Source: Vicugna vicugna
Taxonomy: Eukaryota
Length of the DNA stretch: 64,000 nt
Direction: 5' to 3'
NCBI GenBank assembly: GCA_013265495.1
Contig: MU058384.1
Location: 5,700,792-5,764,791, forward strand
In this document: piece after piece, positions 1 through 13,343 of the stretch
Layout of the letters: each line of letters opens with the position of its first letter
How positions within the stretch are numbered: position 1 is the first letter of the stretch
Program-made: the position numbers and the translations under genes
The notes under the pieces: generated by a model
What the model was told of the DNA's origin: nothing
The model's input: only the letters and a program-made list of their open reading frames with translations
Databases searched by the model: none

Positions 1-410
1 GCCTCGGCATGTGGATTTTCATTTATCTTGGGAGAGAACCAGGTCCATGGGGAAAGCAGGCAATGGAAATAATGATTCAGGCTCTAGGACTTAAAGGAAA
101 ATCTTCCTTCCCCATTCCCCCTTTTCCCAATGACACAAAATAGTCCTGTCAGGAATTAGTGCTAGAGAGCCTCATCTTTGCACAAGTCCAGAGAAACTTG
201 AGAGCACCAGATTAGAATAGAAGACTGGGGGTGGTGTACATGTGCATTCATGCTCATCACTAATTCTGTGCTTATACCTCAAAATCCTATCATTTGTTTA
301 TTGATCGTTTTTATAGTAACATTTTGAATCAGGGACTTTTCTAATCATTAGGATATTCATCCTTACAATCCATTTCCTAGATATGGACAGAGCGGTTCTG
401 TTTGCATTAA

Positions 411-467
411 GATAGGTAGGTAGGTAGGTAGGTAGATAGATAGATTGATTGATTGATTGATTGATTT
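411..467. repeat. Compound tetranucleotide microsatellite (TAGG)n(TAGA)n(GATT)n
   Basis: Directly visible. Confidence 0.9.
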
Positions 468-1138
468 ATAGATACAGATGGTAGATAATTTTTACATTAT
501 GAAGAAAATATAAAATATTATTAAAAATCAAAGAAATAAGAGACAAAAGAAAAGCATCCATAATCCCACTAGAGTAAAACAACAAACATTTCTTCACGCA
601 TTGATTCGTCTGTCCTTCTATACACAATTGAAGTACAATTTTATATTGCGATGTCTTTTATTTAACATAATGTGGGCAACATTTCTCTATATAAAAACAC
701 TTCAGAGGCACCATGTGAATAGTGGGTATGTCTTTACTCAATCATTTCCCCATTAAATATTAGGTTGCTTCCAGTGTTTTGTAACTATGAACAGTATTAA
801 GACAGCTTTGTGCCTATAGATTTATGAATTGTTTATTGAGGATAAATGACCTAAAATTAAGTAAATGGGATCAAAGTATTGAGGATCTTAAAGCTCTTTA
901 TATATAATCACTTTCAGAAAATGTTTAAAAATTAAAATACAATGAACAACCTGTAAGAATACCAGTTTTACTATACCTTTGCTAGGATTGAATATTGCCA
1001 TTTAAAAATTTAATTCTATTTACTATTACGAGTATAACCTTCTTTTCAAACATGAATATTCTAACCAAATACCACTATTGCTAACTTCATCTTTTTACCT
1101 GGGGAAGAGTCAAATATCTATTTTCTAAAATATGTAGG

Positions 1139-1236
1139 TAGGTGACGGCTCAGTGTTAGAATGTTTGCTTAGCAAGCATGAGGTCCAGGATTCAATGCCC
1201 AGTACCTTCATTTAAAAAAAAAATTAATAAATAAAA
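1139..1236 (+). mobile_element. tRNA-Ala-derived SINE (camelid Vic-1-type), diverged
   Basis: gctcagtgttaga A-box, ggattcaatgccc B-box-like, A-rich tail. Confidence 0.8.
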
Positions 1237-3029
1237 TATATGGGCAGGCATTTTCCACTGAGGTTTCCAATGAGTAGCTTGAATTATTTGAGGAACATGG
1301 TAATTAACCAGTGCGTGGTCTTCAGTTATAATCTACCTGAGTATCCTTGAGGCAGACTTTCCATAACACCGAGGACTAAAGTCTAACTTATCTCAAGGAG
1401 AGTTACATAAACTGCTGTGTTCTGAGAGTCTGTCCTGCAGCCTTACTCAGCAGCTATATTGCAAGGTCAGGTCCTGTTAATTATCACATCAAACTCTTAT
1501 GCCCTGAACTAAATGCCCTTTTGCATACATACAGACTTTTTAGTGGCTTACATTGGGCAGCAAGGTTTTGATAAAAGAAGTGTTTGAGTTCAGGAAAGAA
1601 ATCACAGAGATTCTAAGCAAGCCTTTTTCTTTTCTTTTTACCTGATTTCCCCATTTCTGACCCTGAGGCCTCATTCTTGCTCTTTTCTACAGAAAGCAAA
1701 GTTCAGAGATGTTTGTGTGAGCATGCACGCACACACACACACAGAGGAAATCATTGCAGATAGAGATTCGTGCACGTATGCATGAGCATTTTCTGTATAG
1801 CTCTATGAGAAACCATGGGTGGTGATTATGGGACTGGAGATAGAGAATCAGAAATAATTTTTCTCCTTAATAATCAACTTAGTTAAATGATTATAAATCA
1901 ATAAAAAGGTTAAAAACATAATCACCTTGGTTAAAAAAAGTGGGTAACTTCCATGAATGTTCAGAAAAGATATTCTTCCATCTCCTTTTAAAAAAAACTA
2001 AGCACATGTGACCAATATTAATGGAGTTGGCACTTTTGTGATTATAGAGCAAATGAAATAGGACGGAGTGACTTTAGCAGATGTTGAAGTAATAGACTGT
2101 TCAGATTCAGTTTCTATTATGCACTTGAATACTGCAAGTTTACTCTTGTTAGGTTAAAATACTCAGTGGAAAGAGTAAGGGAGGTTTGGGGACCAAGTCG
2201 AGATAAGTAACAAGCACAGCATACGTGAGACGAAGCCTTGCCATAAGTCTACCCCTGAGTATCTGTCTTCTGCAGCCCCAGTGATTTATCACCTGCAGCC
2301 ACAGCAGGTACGAGGCCAGAATTGTCATTCTCTTTGTAAACAGTTTTTGGAACTCCCCATGGGAGAAAATGAAGTAACGTAAGTAATCACCTACCCCTGT
2401 TTGCCTAGAACACACTTCTGTTTCGAGCAGAACTGAATAGGAAGATATGTATAAAAACAAAACCATGGTTTATCATTTATTTATATGCTGAGTATTTATT
2501 GATTGACTGCTAAGGTTGATGCTGGTCTGCTACCATGCTAAGACACTGGAAATCGGTGAATAATTCAGAACTCTGTCCCTTTTCTACAGAATGCTAGTCT
2601 AGGAATAATTATAAATAATAAGCAATAGAAAGACTTTGTTTTATTCAGGAAGTATATATTTTTTGTGCCTTTTTTGCTTTCTCCTTCCTCCTTCTTTTAT
2701 TTCTATTTCCTTGAAATGGAGAATTTTCCTTAATTTTTACCATTACTTTCTGAAAAGGTATTTTATTTAATCATCTTCATTTCCTCACAACAAACTAACA
2801 GTTGAAACAGTAATATATTTTACACCATCTGGGAAGAAAGTGAATACCAATGCTATCAAGAATGAATTCCACTTGCTCTTGTCTTTCAAACGAGTTAAAA
2901 AAGGTAGATATAAGCTCTAAAGTTCAAAAGAGTAAACTCCAGATAAAATTTTCAAATAAGATTTTATTAATATTCTCACATATAATAGTTATATTCTAAG
3001 TCATTTGACTTCAAGTGTGAGTGTATCAG

Positions 3030-3198
3030 GAGGCACTATAGTGTAGCAATTAAACACCAGGGTTTACTAGCTACATTTACTATTTCCAAGGTACCTCAGT
3101 TTCCTCATCTGTAAAATGGGGATCATGATAATAATACCTTTCTCTTAGGAACATGGTGAGCATAAAGTGAGTTAGTTAATGTGAAGCACGTAGAACAA
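3030..3198 (+). mobile_element. MIR SINE
   Basis: Core cctcagtttcctcatctgtaaaatgggga. Confidence 0.8.
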
Positions 3199-5844
3199 TA
3201 TGTGTTTCCTCCTTGGTTTAAGAGTAGTCCTTTGCTGCAGCTTATTGATTGCCTTACAAGTGTTTCCAGCAATGCCTGTTGCTCTTCTGGCCTGGATGAG
3301 TGATGATCCCCTTGCTTCAGTCCTTAGGTATCTCTCAGGCATCACTATGGGACCAGGGACTAAGGAGGCAGTTGTAGGGAGGGTGAGTGTTAACTCTTCA
3401 AGACTGCCACCAAGTAGGGAGGGGGTGGGAACAGGCAACTAAAAACATTACGAAGGTTTCCTACAAGGTTGCCCTCTCCTTTCTTATTTTATTCTGCCTT
3501 TGCTTGTTTGTTGTAAACCTTCAACTCTTTTCCAGAGTTGTAAAAAATTTAGTTCTGACGATTTTTGCTTGCTTTTTGATGTTTCTGTCAGGACTCAGCA
3601 AGTTGGAGTTGCCTCCTCTGCCTTTTGCTGATGTCACCTCCCTGGATAAGACTGTAAAGGTTAGCTTGTCCATGCTTCCTTCGTCCCCAAAAAGGGGACA
3701 ACAAGAGTCCCCAGAGGTTCGTTCTAAGGATTCACTGAGTAATAAAAAGAATTAATGTGTCTGGCCCATTATAAACACTCTATAAAAATATTGTTAGTAA
3801 TTACTATGCTGAAATAGAGTGTGACTTGAAATGCTTGATATTCTAAGTCTCAGAAAATTTCCATACTGGATTGCAGTGGCATTTTTTTTTTTCCTTTTTA
3901 AGACAGCTAAGGGTGGCACTATTCCCTCCTCGGTAGCCATCTCTTGCCTTTAAAGTCTCTGGAATGTCTATGTGATCCTTGGCCAAACTCTGGATCCAGA
4001 ATTCTATTTCATGAATATTATAGGATCTCTAGAAGGAATGATAAAATGCAAACTCTGTTCACTTAAGGATTTTCTAGAGCCCACTGAGAAGTAAATAGAA
4101 AAGAAAACATAGAAAGAAAAGGCCAAAGTAAAACTGGGTATGGAAAATACCTGCAGAGGAAAACAACTAATGCAGGATCTTCTTGGAACTTGCACAGACT
4201 CACATGGTTATTCTGCTTACTTCCCAGAAGTCAGGAGCTCAAGTGATCTGGCTGGGATCAGACCCTGCACCTCTTAAAATTGAAATTTAGTATTTAGGAA
4301 AACTCTCCACTTCTCCACATGTTACATAGATGTTTTTCATTCTCTGGACATTCTCCCACTTATTTCTCCATGAGCCTAATGACTTACCCACTGAATACCA
4401 AAGAGCTGTTGGATAAAGAATCATTGTCAAGATGGATGATTAACTTGGCTAACTGCTAGCAGAGTTTCACAATGAAAACCTTCCATCCCTGCCATTTGAA
4501 CCTTTGTAATAGATGCATTCATGGTGGTTTTGCTTATGCAAAAAATGCATTTCATAATTGTCAGGTATTGTTTTTAACATGTGTTTCATATCAGATACAA
4601 GAAAGGTCAGATGACACTTAAAAAAAAAAAATGTTGGCCAGATTGGCTGTGAGTGAGTCTTCCAGCACATCTGGGAACCTCTGTAAAAAATTAACTCAAC
4701 ATTCTCGACTCTTGGGATGGCCAGATTATTAACTGTTTTTGCAGAAGCACTCTGCAAGCCAAAGCATATAAGAAATATTTTTAGACCTGTAGACCATTAA
4801 ATACTGTACGGCTAGCCTGCCGCATAAGAAAAACAGCAGGTATTTAAATGGAGATGTCTAGTTCCATTCACAGAGGGAAAAATAAACCATACATTTGTTG
4901 GCAATGGCATTTGACAATTTAGACTATGGCTAAAGTGTTATTGGAAGATTGAGTATCAGACGTTTTTTATTAAAAGAAAATTGAACATTAAGAGTTACAG
5001 CACATAGCAAATTATAATCACATTGGCCTTGAATCTGACACAGCTTCTGTGCAGAGAAGCAGTAGAAATATTTCTCCTAGAACCCTACACAAAATCCAGA
5101 TCCAGATTTCTGTTTTTTTTTTCCCCTCCTGTCAAATACGTTTTTGGAGGTAAGTTCAAGGAGAAGAATACTAAGAAATATATTGTCATTGGCAATTTGA
5201 GATAGGCAAGGCATTTCTCTTTTCCCCATAAAGCTTAGGAGTGTGATGTTTGTTCATCGATTATCTTAGGCCTGGGAATCATTCTTTATATTACCTTTAG
5301 ATAGTACAGTAACCTTGAAATCGCCACATTTAGTTTCTACCCTGTACCCAGTGGATAAATACCATTTAATCCATATTACTTCTGTTTGAGAGAAGTTGGT
5401 TTAAGCATGTTAGAGATTCTTGGGGAGTTTAAAAATAAACTAACACCCCAGTCCCCTCTCTTCGTGCACGGCGTCCTGGCATTGGTACTTATTTTTTAAG
5501 TTCCTCATTGCAATGTGTAGTCATGATTGAAAACCACTGGAAAGCAATGAGAGTTAAGCAGATAACTGAGCAAAGAAAGTGTCAGTCTGTGCACTCAGCA
5601 AGCACAATGCCTGTAAAGATGTCTTTTTATTTTCACCGATATTACTTGCACACAGATAACTCAATTAACAGAGCAAGCTTTTTGTATCGAAAGATTCTAT
5701 TTCTCCCAGCCTCTTCTAAGTCATGATACTCCTGTTAACACATATGATTTCATGGCCATGAATAATAATAACTCTTACAAATTATTGAGCCCTAGAGGAT
5801 TAACTTCTAACCCTAACCCTAGCATTAACCCTAGCTCTAACTTT

Positions 5845-5975
5845 GCCATTTTTTCCAATAAGGTGACTTAGGTGAAGAGAGATTGTGTAATTGCCCAGGG
5901 TCACATGCAGAGCCAAGTGTGGGGCTGCCATATTTTGTTTCAGGTCTGTCTGGCTCCAGAGCCCATGCTCCTAAC
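5845..5975 (-). mobile_element. MIR SINE fragment
   Basis: ttgcccagggtcacatgcag...aggtctgtctggctccagagcccatgctc. Confidence 0.65.
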
Positions 5976-8900
5976 AGGTGTATAATTCTTTCTATGTAAA
6001 TGATTTAAAGTAAATGGTAAATGCAAGGATGCTTCTCTTAATCACAGTGGATGGATTATAAACAAAATAAATAACTTCTGACTTTCCATGTGACCTTCTG
6101 TGAGTCACTCTACCTCCTTCTGAATCCATTTTCCCATCTATTAAATAAGGGGCTGAGCTAAGTCATCTGTTAAATCCATTCTACCCGCAAAATACTTTTA
6201 TTCAGTGACATATTCACTTTGGCCACTTTAACATCTTTTGAGTTCTACCAAATCAATGGCATAGTCAATAAACATGCATTGATTTCCTTTTCTGAGCCAG
6301 GAACAATCTACAAACATCATGGCCCAAAATAATTTTACTTAAGAATTTAATTATGTGATTTGCTATAAAATACATAAAAGTTTGACCTGGATTCCAGTCA
6401 AACAAATTCCATGTGCCTACTTTGTGCTTTAGTTTATACATGCAGATGTGTGATTGTTGATTCTGGCAATATTATTGAAAGAATATGTAAGAAGGTGGAC
6501 TCCCTTAAAGCACCTAAAATGACCTCATATGGCCCCACTCCCTACTCGTGTCACCCTGTTTATTGTCCCCACAGTGCGCATTTCAATCACCAGCATTAGA
6601 AAATAAGTTCCATGAAGGCAGTGACACATCCGTCTGGTTCCCATCCACATTGTGGCTCCTAGCACTGTACCTACTAAATAATGTCATCCACAAGTATTGA
6701 ATTAAATGTATCATAGAATTAATTTCAAAATTGAGGATAGATCCAAGTCTTAAGAAACCAGTATCTGGCATCTTGAAATATAACTGTGGAGACTTGAACT
6801 CTAGCCCTCAATCAATCACTAATTTAAGCTACACTTCCCTCTAGACTTCAGTTTCCTCGTCCATAAAGCAAAGATCTCTTCCAGCTCCCCGAATCTCTGA
6901 TCCTCTGAACTCTACTACTGGTGTAGAATACAGAAAACATCTGATTTAATAGAGGTTTAACCTGGATATCTTGACCTTGTGAAACTGAAACCCTTGCTGG
7001 GCCAGGTAGGAACCATAAATAAGCAAAGTGGGTTGGGTGGTAAATTGCCTCAAGCAATTCATAGTCACAAGGGCCAAACTGAAAAATATCAGACCCCAAC
7101 AAGAATGCAAGTGAAATAAAGCCACAAAAGGAAGGGCAGTTGTCTACTTGCTTGGAATCACAATTTATTCAGGGGCCAAGAATAGTCCCTATGCTCCATA
7201 TTATATGGATGTAATTAATGTTAAGCAACTGAATGAGGATAAATCATTGGCTAGCAGAGACTGAAATGATAAGATTTGTGATTTCTGATGAGATTCCTTA
7301 ATTATCTCTTGATCAGACTCCTGCTGTCCCCATCCAAACTCTATATGAGGCTGGAGTTTAGTGATATGAAATGAGTGAAACAGTGTGGGTAGATTCTCAT
7401 CCTGTCCTGTGTAAGGTAGAGGAGTGTAGCCCAGAGGTGAAGATGAGAGAAACTCACCTGCCACGACTATCTAAGGGAAGCCTCACCACTAGGCATCCAG
7501 AGGGGATATGATCTGGGTAGCTCAGAGATGGAGTCAGCCCTCCCTGAAGATCCAGCACACGAACAGGGGACCATGTGTGCTCTGTGAGCCAGCCATGCTG
7601 GCTTAAGCACAATGCAGAGTGGTGGACAGTTGTGACCCCATGTGACCATCCTCTTGATCACTAAGTTCCAAAGCTCTGAAATATTTCAGACTCCTCCATC
7701 TTCCCTCATTTCAGCCATTCATCAAATCTCCCCAAGGCATCCCAGCTGCCCTTCACATCCATCCCTTACTTTCCATTTTCACAGTCCCCGTGGTCATTCT
7801 GCTCTCATCAACTACCTCTGATGGTACAGCAGCCTCCAAACCTCCTCAGTTTTGGTTTTTGAGGACTCTGGCCTCTCACACAAACTGCCAAGGCTCTTGA
7901 ATTCCCTCAGAGTGAAGGACTTATTAACATTCAAAGCCTTCCACTATCTGGGTTATAGTTTTCAATCATTTCTCCCAGGAGCCTTCTAGTCCCATGAAAT
8001 TGTTCACCCAGTGGTTGCTTAAACATACCTTGTTAAGTTGTGCTCCCACACCCTTGTTTGTTTTGTCCTGCCCAATTTGGATACTTTTCTACTGCCTGCC
8101 CACCAATCCAAATGTTTTTTGTATTTTGAAAACCTGTCAAATCCTCCCTCCTCTTTGAAACCTTGCTCCACAGTTTTACCCACACTATTGCTTCCTCCTT
8201 TAAACCCTGACCAAACTGCATAGCTGTACACATTCTTCACTTTGGGTTTGGAGGTGCTTAATATCAGGTTTCACTTGGCTTTGTGAATGTCTAAGTTCTG
8301 TTCCAAAATCAGAATATAAAGTCCAAGCAATCAATATGTTTCCTCTGTGTTCTTATAACAATCTTGGATTTAAACAAATGCTTAATAAATACATTTGGGT
8401 GTAATAAACCCATCCAAGAGAAAAAAGTCAAGGAAGACCTTTCTTCCTTCCGGATACACAGAACTGAATTCAAAATTAATGTTTGCAGGATGGTTTTACA
8501 CCCTGTGGTAGTGTCCAAGGGGCATTTCTAAAACCTTACGAAAGCAGCTTAAGGAGGAAAGTTTCACTTCTCTAGATATGAAGTGTCCTTGCTTACTTTT
8601 GAATATCATGTAACTTGAGATGCAAAAGAATCAACTCCCCTGGCTAACAAGAGACAAGCATTTTGAGAATTTCTGTTATATTTTAGGAAGAACTACTGAC
8701 TATAGCATACTGCTAAAGTGATTCATAAAAAGTCATAAATAAGTTGTTATGAATAAGTGAAAAGTAAACCAAAGAGAAATTCATATATTCTGATTTATTT
8801 TCCTATATCATCATCACAGACTTTTTTTTTCAATTTTTAGATTATTTATATATATTTGTATGTTATTTTGGATCAATGTTTTAAAATCAGGGTGAGATGG

Positions 8901-9619
8901 AATGGAGAAAAATGATCATAACTCTTTTCTTTTTAGCAATCCTACAAATATTCCAACTTGCCATTAATTGGATGCATTTTGTGTAGCTAAGACATTGGCT
9001 CATTTCTCCCATCAGCAGAACTTTTAATGTCCAGGTTCATTCCCCAGAGCTTGTCCAAAATTTCTAAACACCTAACATATCTCCCTAAATGTGATATTCT
9101 AATAACACATCCTGTCTCCTAATGTTAAAATCCTTCTATCCTCATTCAAATACCCCTGTCTTTCTAATGCTCTAATATTATAGTAACTTATGAAAGTCTT
9201 AGATTTCAAAACTATAAGGATTAAGCATTTGGCAATGACCTAGAGATGATCCTCTCCCCTTCACCTTCACACTCAACACTTTAAGTCCTCTCAAGCAAGG
9301 AAATTTTCCCTCATTCCCTCCAGGGATGCACTGGAAATAAGTTGAAAAATTATAACACTTCGATTAGAAAAATAATTTTATAAGATGACATCCCAACCTA
9401 AAAAAAAAACCCAAAAGCCTATAGGGATTTAAATAAGTGAAGATAAGTTCCTTTGACATTGTAGAGCTCACAAGTTTAAAGGCTCTATTTCCTAATCATC
9501 AGCTCCAAATTGCTCGGCATGCAAAATAATCCAAGTACTTGTTCTGTTTTTCAGAACGTGCTTGCTGTCATTTATTAAATAAATACTTTAATAACCCTCA
9601 TTGAACTTTAACAAATCCA

Positions 9620-9885
9620 GCTGTTGTTGAAATTGTTAGTTGTGAAAATGGCATATGGTTATGCAAAAAAAATGACATCAGTTAAAAGCACATTCTAAGG
9701 AAATTACAGATGAAATATCATGATGTCTGGTGTTCACTTTAAAATTTTCCAGCCTAAAACAGGGGGGATGGATGAAATGAGACTGGCAAAATGTTAATAA
9801 TTGTTAAAGCTGGATAATAGGTACACAGAGGTTTATTCTACTGTTTACATTCGTGTCTGCTTGGAATTTTCTCTAATAAGATGTT
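9620..9885 (+). mobile_element. Ancient L1M (L1MC/ME-type) 3' end
   Basis: atgatgtctgg...ggatgaaatgagactggcaaaatgttaataattgttaaagctgga motif. Confidence 0.7.
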
Positions 9886-10079
9886 TAAAAACTTTACACT
9901 GTTGTTGTGCTGTTCTTACATCATCACCTTTTCACTTTGCCCCAACCAGGCTTCCCTTCTGGTATATCTTTTCCCAGGGAAAGAAGGAAAGAACCACAGA
10001 GCCCACTGTGGATGTATCACAACTTCAGCCACAAGGGTCTTGTGAAGACTCAGTTGACTGACATTCAATACAGAATTTT

Positions 10080-10325
10080 AGGTGGGGAAGGTGGAAGGAT
10101 AAATTGGAAGTTTGGGATTTGCAGATACTAATTACTGTATATAAAATAGGTAAACAACAAGGTCCTACTGTATAGAACAGGGACTATATTCAGTATCTCA
10201 TAATGATATAATGAAAAAGAATACAAAAAGGAATATGTATATAACTGAAACTCTATGCTGCACACTAGAAATTAACATAGCACAGTAAATTGACTAAACT
10301 TCAATAAGAAATTAATAAATATTTT
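10080..10325 (+). mobile_element. L1 3' UTR fragment (artiodactyl-type)
   Basis: aaacaacaaggtcctactgtatagaacagggactatattca...cttcaataa plus A-rich end. Confidence 0.85.
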
Positions 10326-11039
10326 TTTAAAAGATAAAATTTGGAAGAAAAATATTTTTTTCTCATTTCTGTGAAGTACCTCAAACTACGCGAGTGAGTT
10401 TTAGGGCACTGCTTACAAACAGTTGCAGTATGTATAATTATTAAGGAATTTGTGTAAACGTGTGTTAAAATACACTCTACAAGCTCCAGAGATAACTTGC
10501 CATAGGTACTTTGGGAATCGTGAAAACTAGCATGTTCTACTTGCATGGCAACAACACAGAGAGCAAGAAGGAATTCTTGATGACTGAATTTAACAAGAGC
10601 AATGTAGAAGATGCCTCAAACAAATAGTGATACAGAATTATTCATAAGTAAATGAGGTCTGAAAGAATGATGCTTGTTTGGCACAAACACCACAAAAACA
10701 CAAGGTAATTAGAGCTTAACGCAGGAAGAACTGTTCATACATGACCATTTTCCCAAAAGGGTCTACAGTTATAAAATCAATTAGGATTTTTTGGAATAAA
10801 AAAGTATTAAATAATGGTTAAGTAGCAGAGCATTCTTTATGGTCACAATATGTTAGATTTATAGGTTCTTGGAAACATTGTAATTACTCACATCTGGAAA
10901 TAACACTTGTGTAGTTCTTCCCGACTTATTCTTCAAAACCAGTTCCTTATTTCAGTGGCTAATATCTGGATCCCGACCTGGGAGCCCCCAGGGAGTTAGC
11001 TCACACATCAGATAAAATGTCTTCAAGGGGAGAGTGATC

Positions 11040-11330
11040 TCAGTAAAGAGACTTAAAACCATTTCATGAGGCACGTGGAAGGAAAGAGGGCCAGCTCATC
11101 TGGGAATGGAAGGCTAAGGTGAGACATAATTGCTACTTTCAAATATTTTAGGTATTATTTTATCAACGAAAGAGTAGATCTCTTCCACATAATTCAGGGA
11201 CGAGCTAGAACTAGTGAGGAAACTTTCAAGGATCCAGATTTCAGTTCAACTTACAAAGACCTTTCTGACAATTGGAGGTAAGACTCTAATGGAATAGATA
11301 ATTCCTTTGAAGGAACTTCTCCTGAGGCCG
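11040..11330 (+). mobile_element. L3/CR1 LINE fragment
   Basis: aggctaaggtgagacataattgctactttcaaatattt...agatttcagttcaac pattern. Confidence 0.5.
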
Positions 11331-11619
11331 CTTAGTAAAGTTTGGGGGATGTTTTTGTTTTGTTGCTCAAAATGTTATCCACAGATGGGTGCTGGTCTAC
11401 ACATTCATGCTTTTTTCCCTTGAGATTTATATTTGAATGATTTTTTAACAATAATTTTACTCCTAAAATTATGTTTCCTATCAATTAAAGGCATATTATA
11501 TTACCATAAAATTCTATAAATAAGTGTAAACCACTTACAGATTTATGTATCAAATATTTTATGTGTTTATCTGACATACTAACAAGCATAGGGTGATGAC
11601 ATATTCCTAGACGTTTCCG

Positions 11620-12290
11620 TGTGTGGGAAGGGTAAGAACACTTAACATGAAATCTGCCCTCTTACAGAATACTGAATTGTGCAATACTGTAATGTTAACC
11701 ACAGGCACAATGTTGTTTAGCAGATCTCTGGAACTTAATCTTCTTGCATAACTAAAATTTTATTTTTTATATAATTTTTACAGTTCTTTTTTATTTTTTT
11801 TAAACTATTATCATTATTTTTTTTTTGTAATAGAGATACTGGAGATTGAACCCAAGACCTGAAGCATGCTAAACATGTACTATAGCGCTGAGCTTTACCC
11901 AGTCCTCCAACTAAAACTTCATACTCACCATATAGTAACTCCTCATGTCCCCCTCTTCCAGCTCCTGACAACCACCATTCCACTTTCTACTTTTATGTGT
12001 TTCGCTACTTTAGATACCACTTATAAGTAGTCTCAGGCAGTCTCTTTGTTCTTCTGTGTCTGGCTTGTTTCACGTAGCATAACATCCTCGAGTTTCATCC
12101 ATGTTGTTGCGTATGGCAGGATTTCCTTCTTTTTTAAGGCAGAATAATATTTCATTGTCTATATATACAACATTTTCTTTATCCATTCATCTGTCCATAA
12201 GCATTTAGGTTGTTTCTACCTGTTGGTGAATATGAATAATGCTGCAGTAAACATGGGGGTGCAGATAACCCTATGAGATTCTGATTTTCA
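11620..12290 (-). mobile_element. L1 (L1MA/MB-type) 3' region, interrupted by a SINE
   Basis: ggcttgtttcacgtagcataa...ttcatccatgttgttgc...ctttatccattcatctgt. Confidence 0.85.
11764..11908 (-). mobile_element. Vic-1-type SINE nested in L1
   Basis: Reverse-complement tRNA head and A tail; TSD aactaaaattttat (11750..11763) / aactaaaacttcat (11909..11922). Confidence 0.85.
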
Positions 12291-13267
12291 CATATTCTCT
12301 GATGCTAGTTCACAACAAGAGAAAGAGCTTGTGCCAGATTATAAACTGACACACTGCATCAATAAAGACTTGCTGTGGAAAGAAAATGCCAACAAGACTA
12401 GACAATGTACTTAGTGACCAACTTGGGTACTTTGACTATTTCTGCAATAGAAGGAATTTATCCACCAAATAGTAAATCCTAGAGACTTTTCACAGTAATC
12501 AAATATCACACTACAATATATATAAATGGAACATCCTTTTTAACACTAAGACTTACACTTCCCCGATTGAATATATGTTTGAAAGCCACACATCACAGTC
12601 ATATAAAATTGAAAAAAAAAATGATTACGTTTCCTGGAATTTATTGTTAGGAATCTATTAGTTGGATGTGCCCTAGGCCAAGTCTTCAGGTTGAATAAAT
12701 AACGCATATTGCATATACGCATAGACTTCTATTTATAAATATAGATTCTGCTATAATTATAAATAAGAATTCATTTTAAAGTATACCTTATGTGTTTTCC
12801 CAAGCACATATACTACAGGTTCCATCTCTATATTGTAGAAGTCCCAAATGCTTTTTATGTGATGAATATTCTTACATTAATATGTTTGCTAATCATGCAG
12901 GGCCCATGCAACCAGCTGTACAGTTTGCATCCTGCATAAAGCACAGGATAAAGGAGCAGGTAGAGGCTGAACTCCATCCCCCTGCACTTACCCAGCCATG
13001 AGCCCTGGTAGTGAGATTGCATCAGGCCTTGGGTCACCAATCATCCGTTTGTCGGGGATGGAAGGGTTTCCCAGGATAAACGCCTTTCAGTGCCAGAGCC
13101 AGTATAGTCCTGGGCAAACCAGGATGGCTAGTCGCTGTAATCAGGGCACAGATGTGCCGTCTGTGCTAGCCTCAGCTTCGGAAGCTTGCCTATAGAACAG
13201 TAAGCTTAAAAGAATGGAAACAGTAAAGCCATCCTCACATCATTTCTTTTCTCCTTATGTTTTCAAG

Positions 13268-13343
13268 GTGAAAGAGCCATGTAATCATGCCAACATCCTG
13301 ACCAAGCCTGACCCAAGAACCTTCTGGACTAATGATGATTCAG
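13268..13343 (+). CDS. SGK1: Last isoform-specific exon of long SGK1.1 isoform (VKEPCNHANILTKPDPRTFWTNDDS)
   Basis: ttttcaag| acceptor after a pyrimidine tract; CAG|gtatta donor. 76 nt, phase 0 to 1, in frame with exon 2. Peptide matches my recall of human SGK1.1 VREPCNHANILTKPDPRTFWTNDDP-AFMKQ. Earlier SGK1.1 exons lie upstream of the window. Confidence 0.9.
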
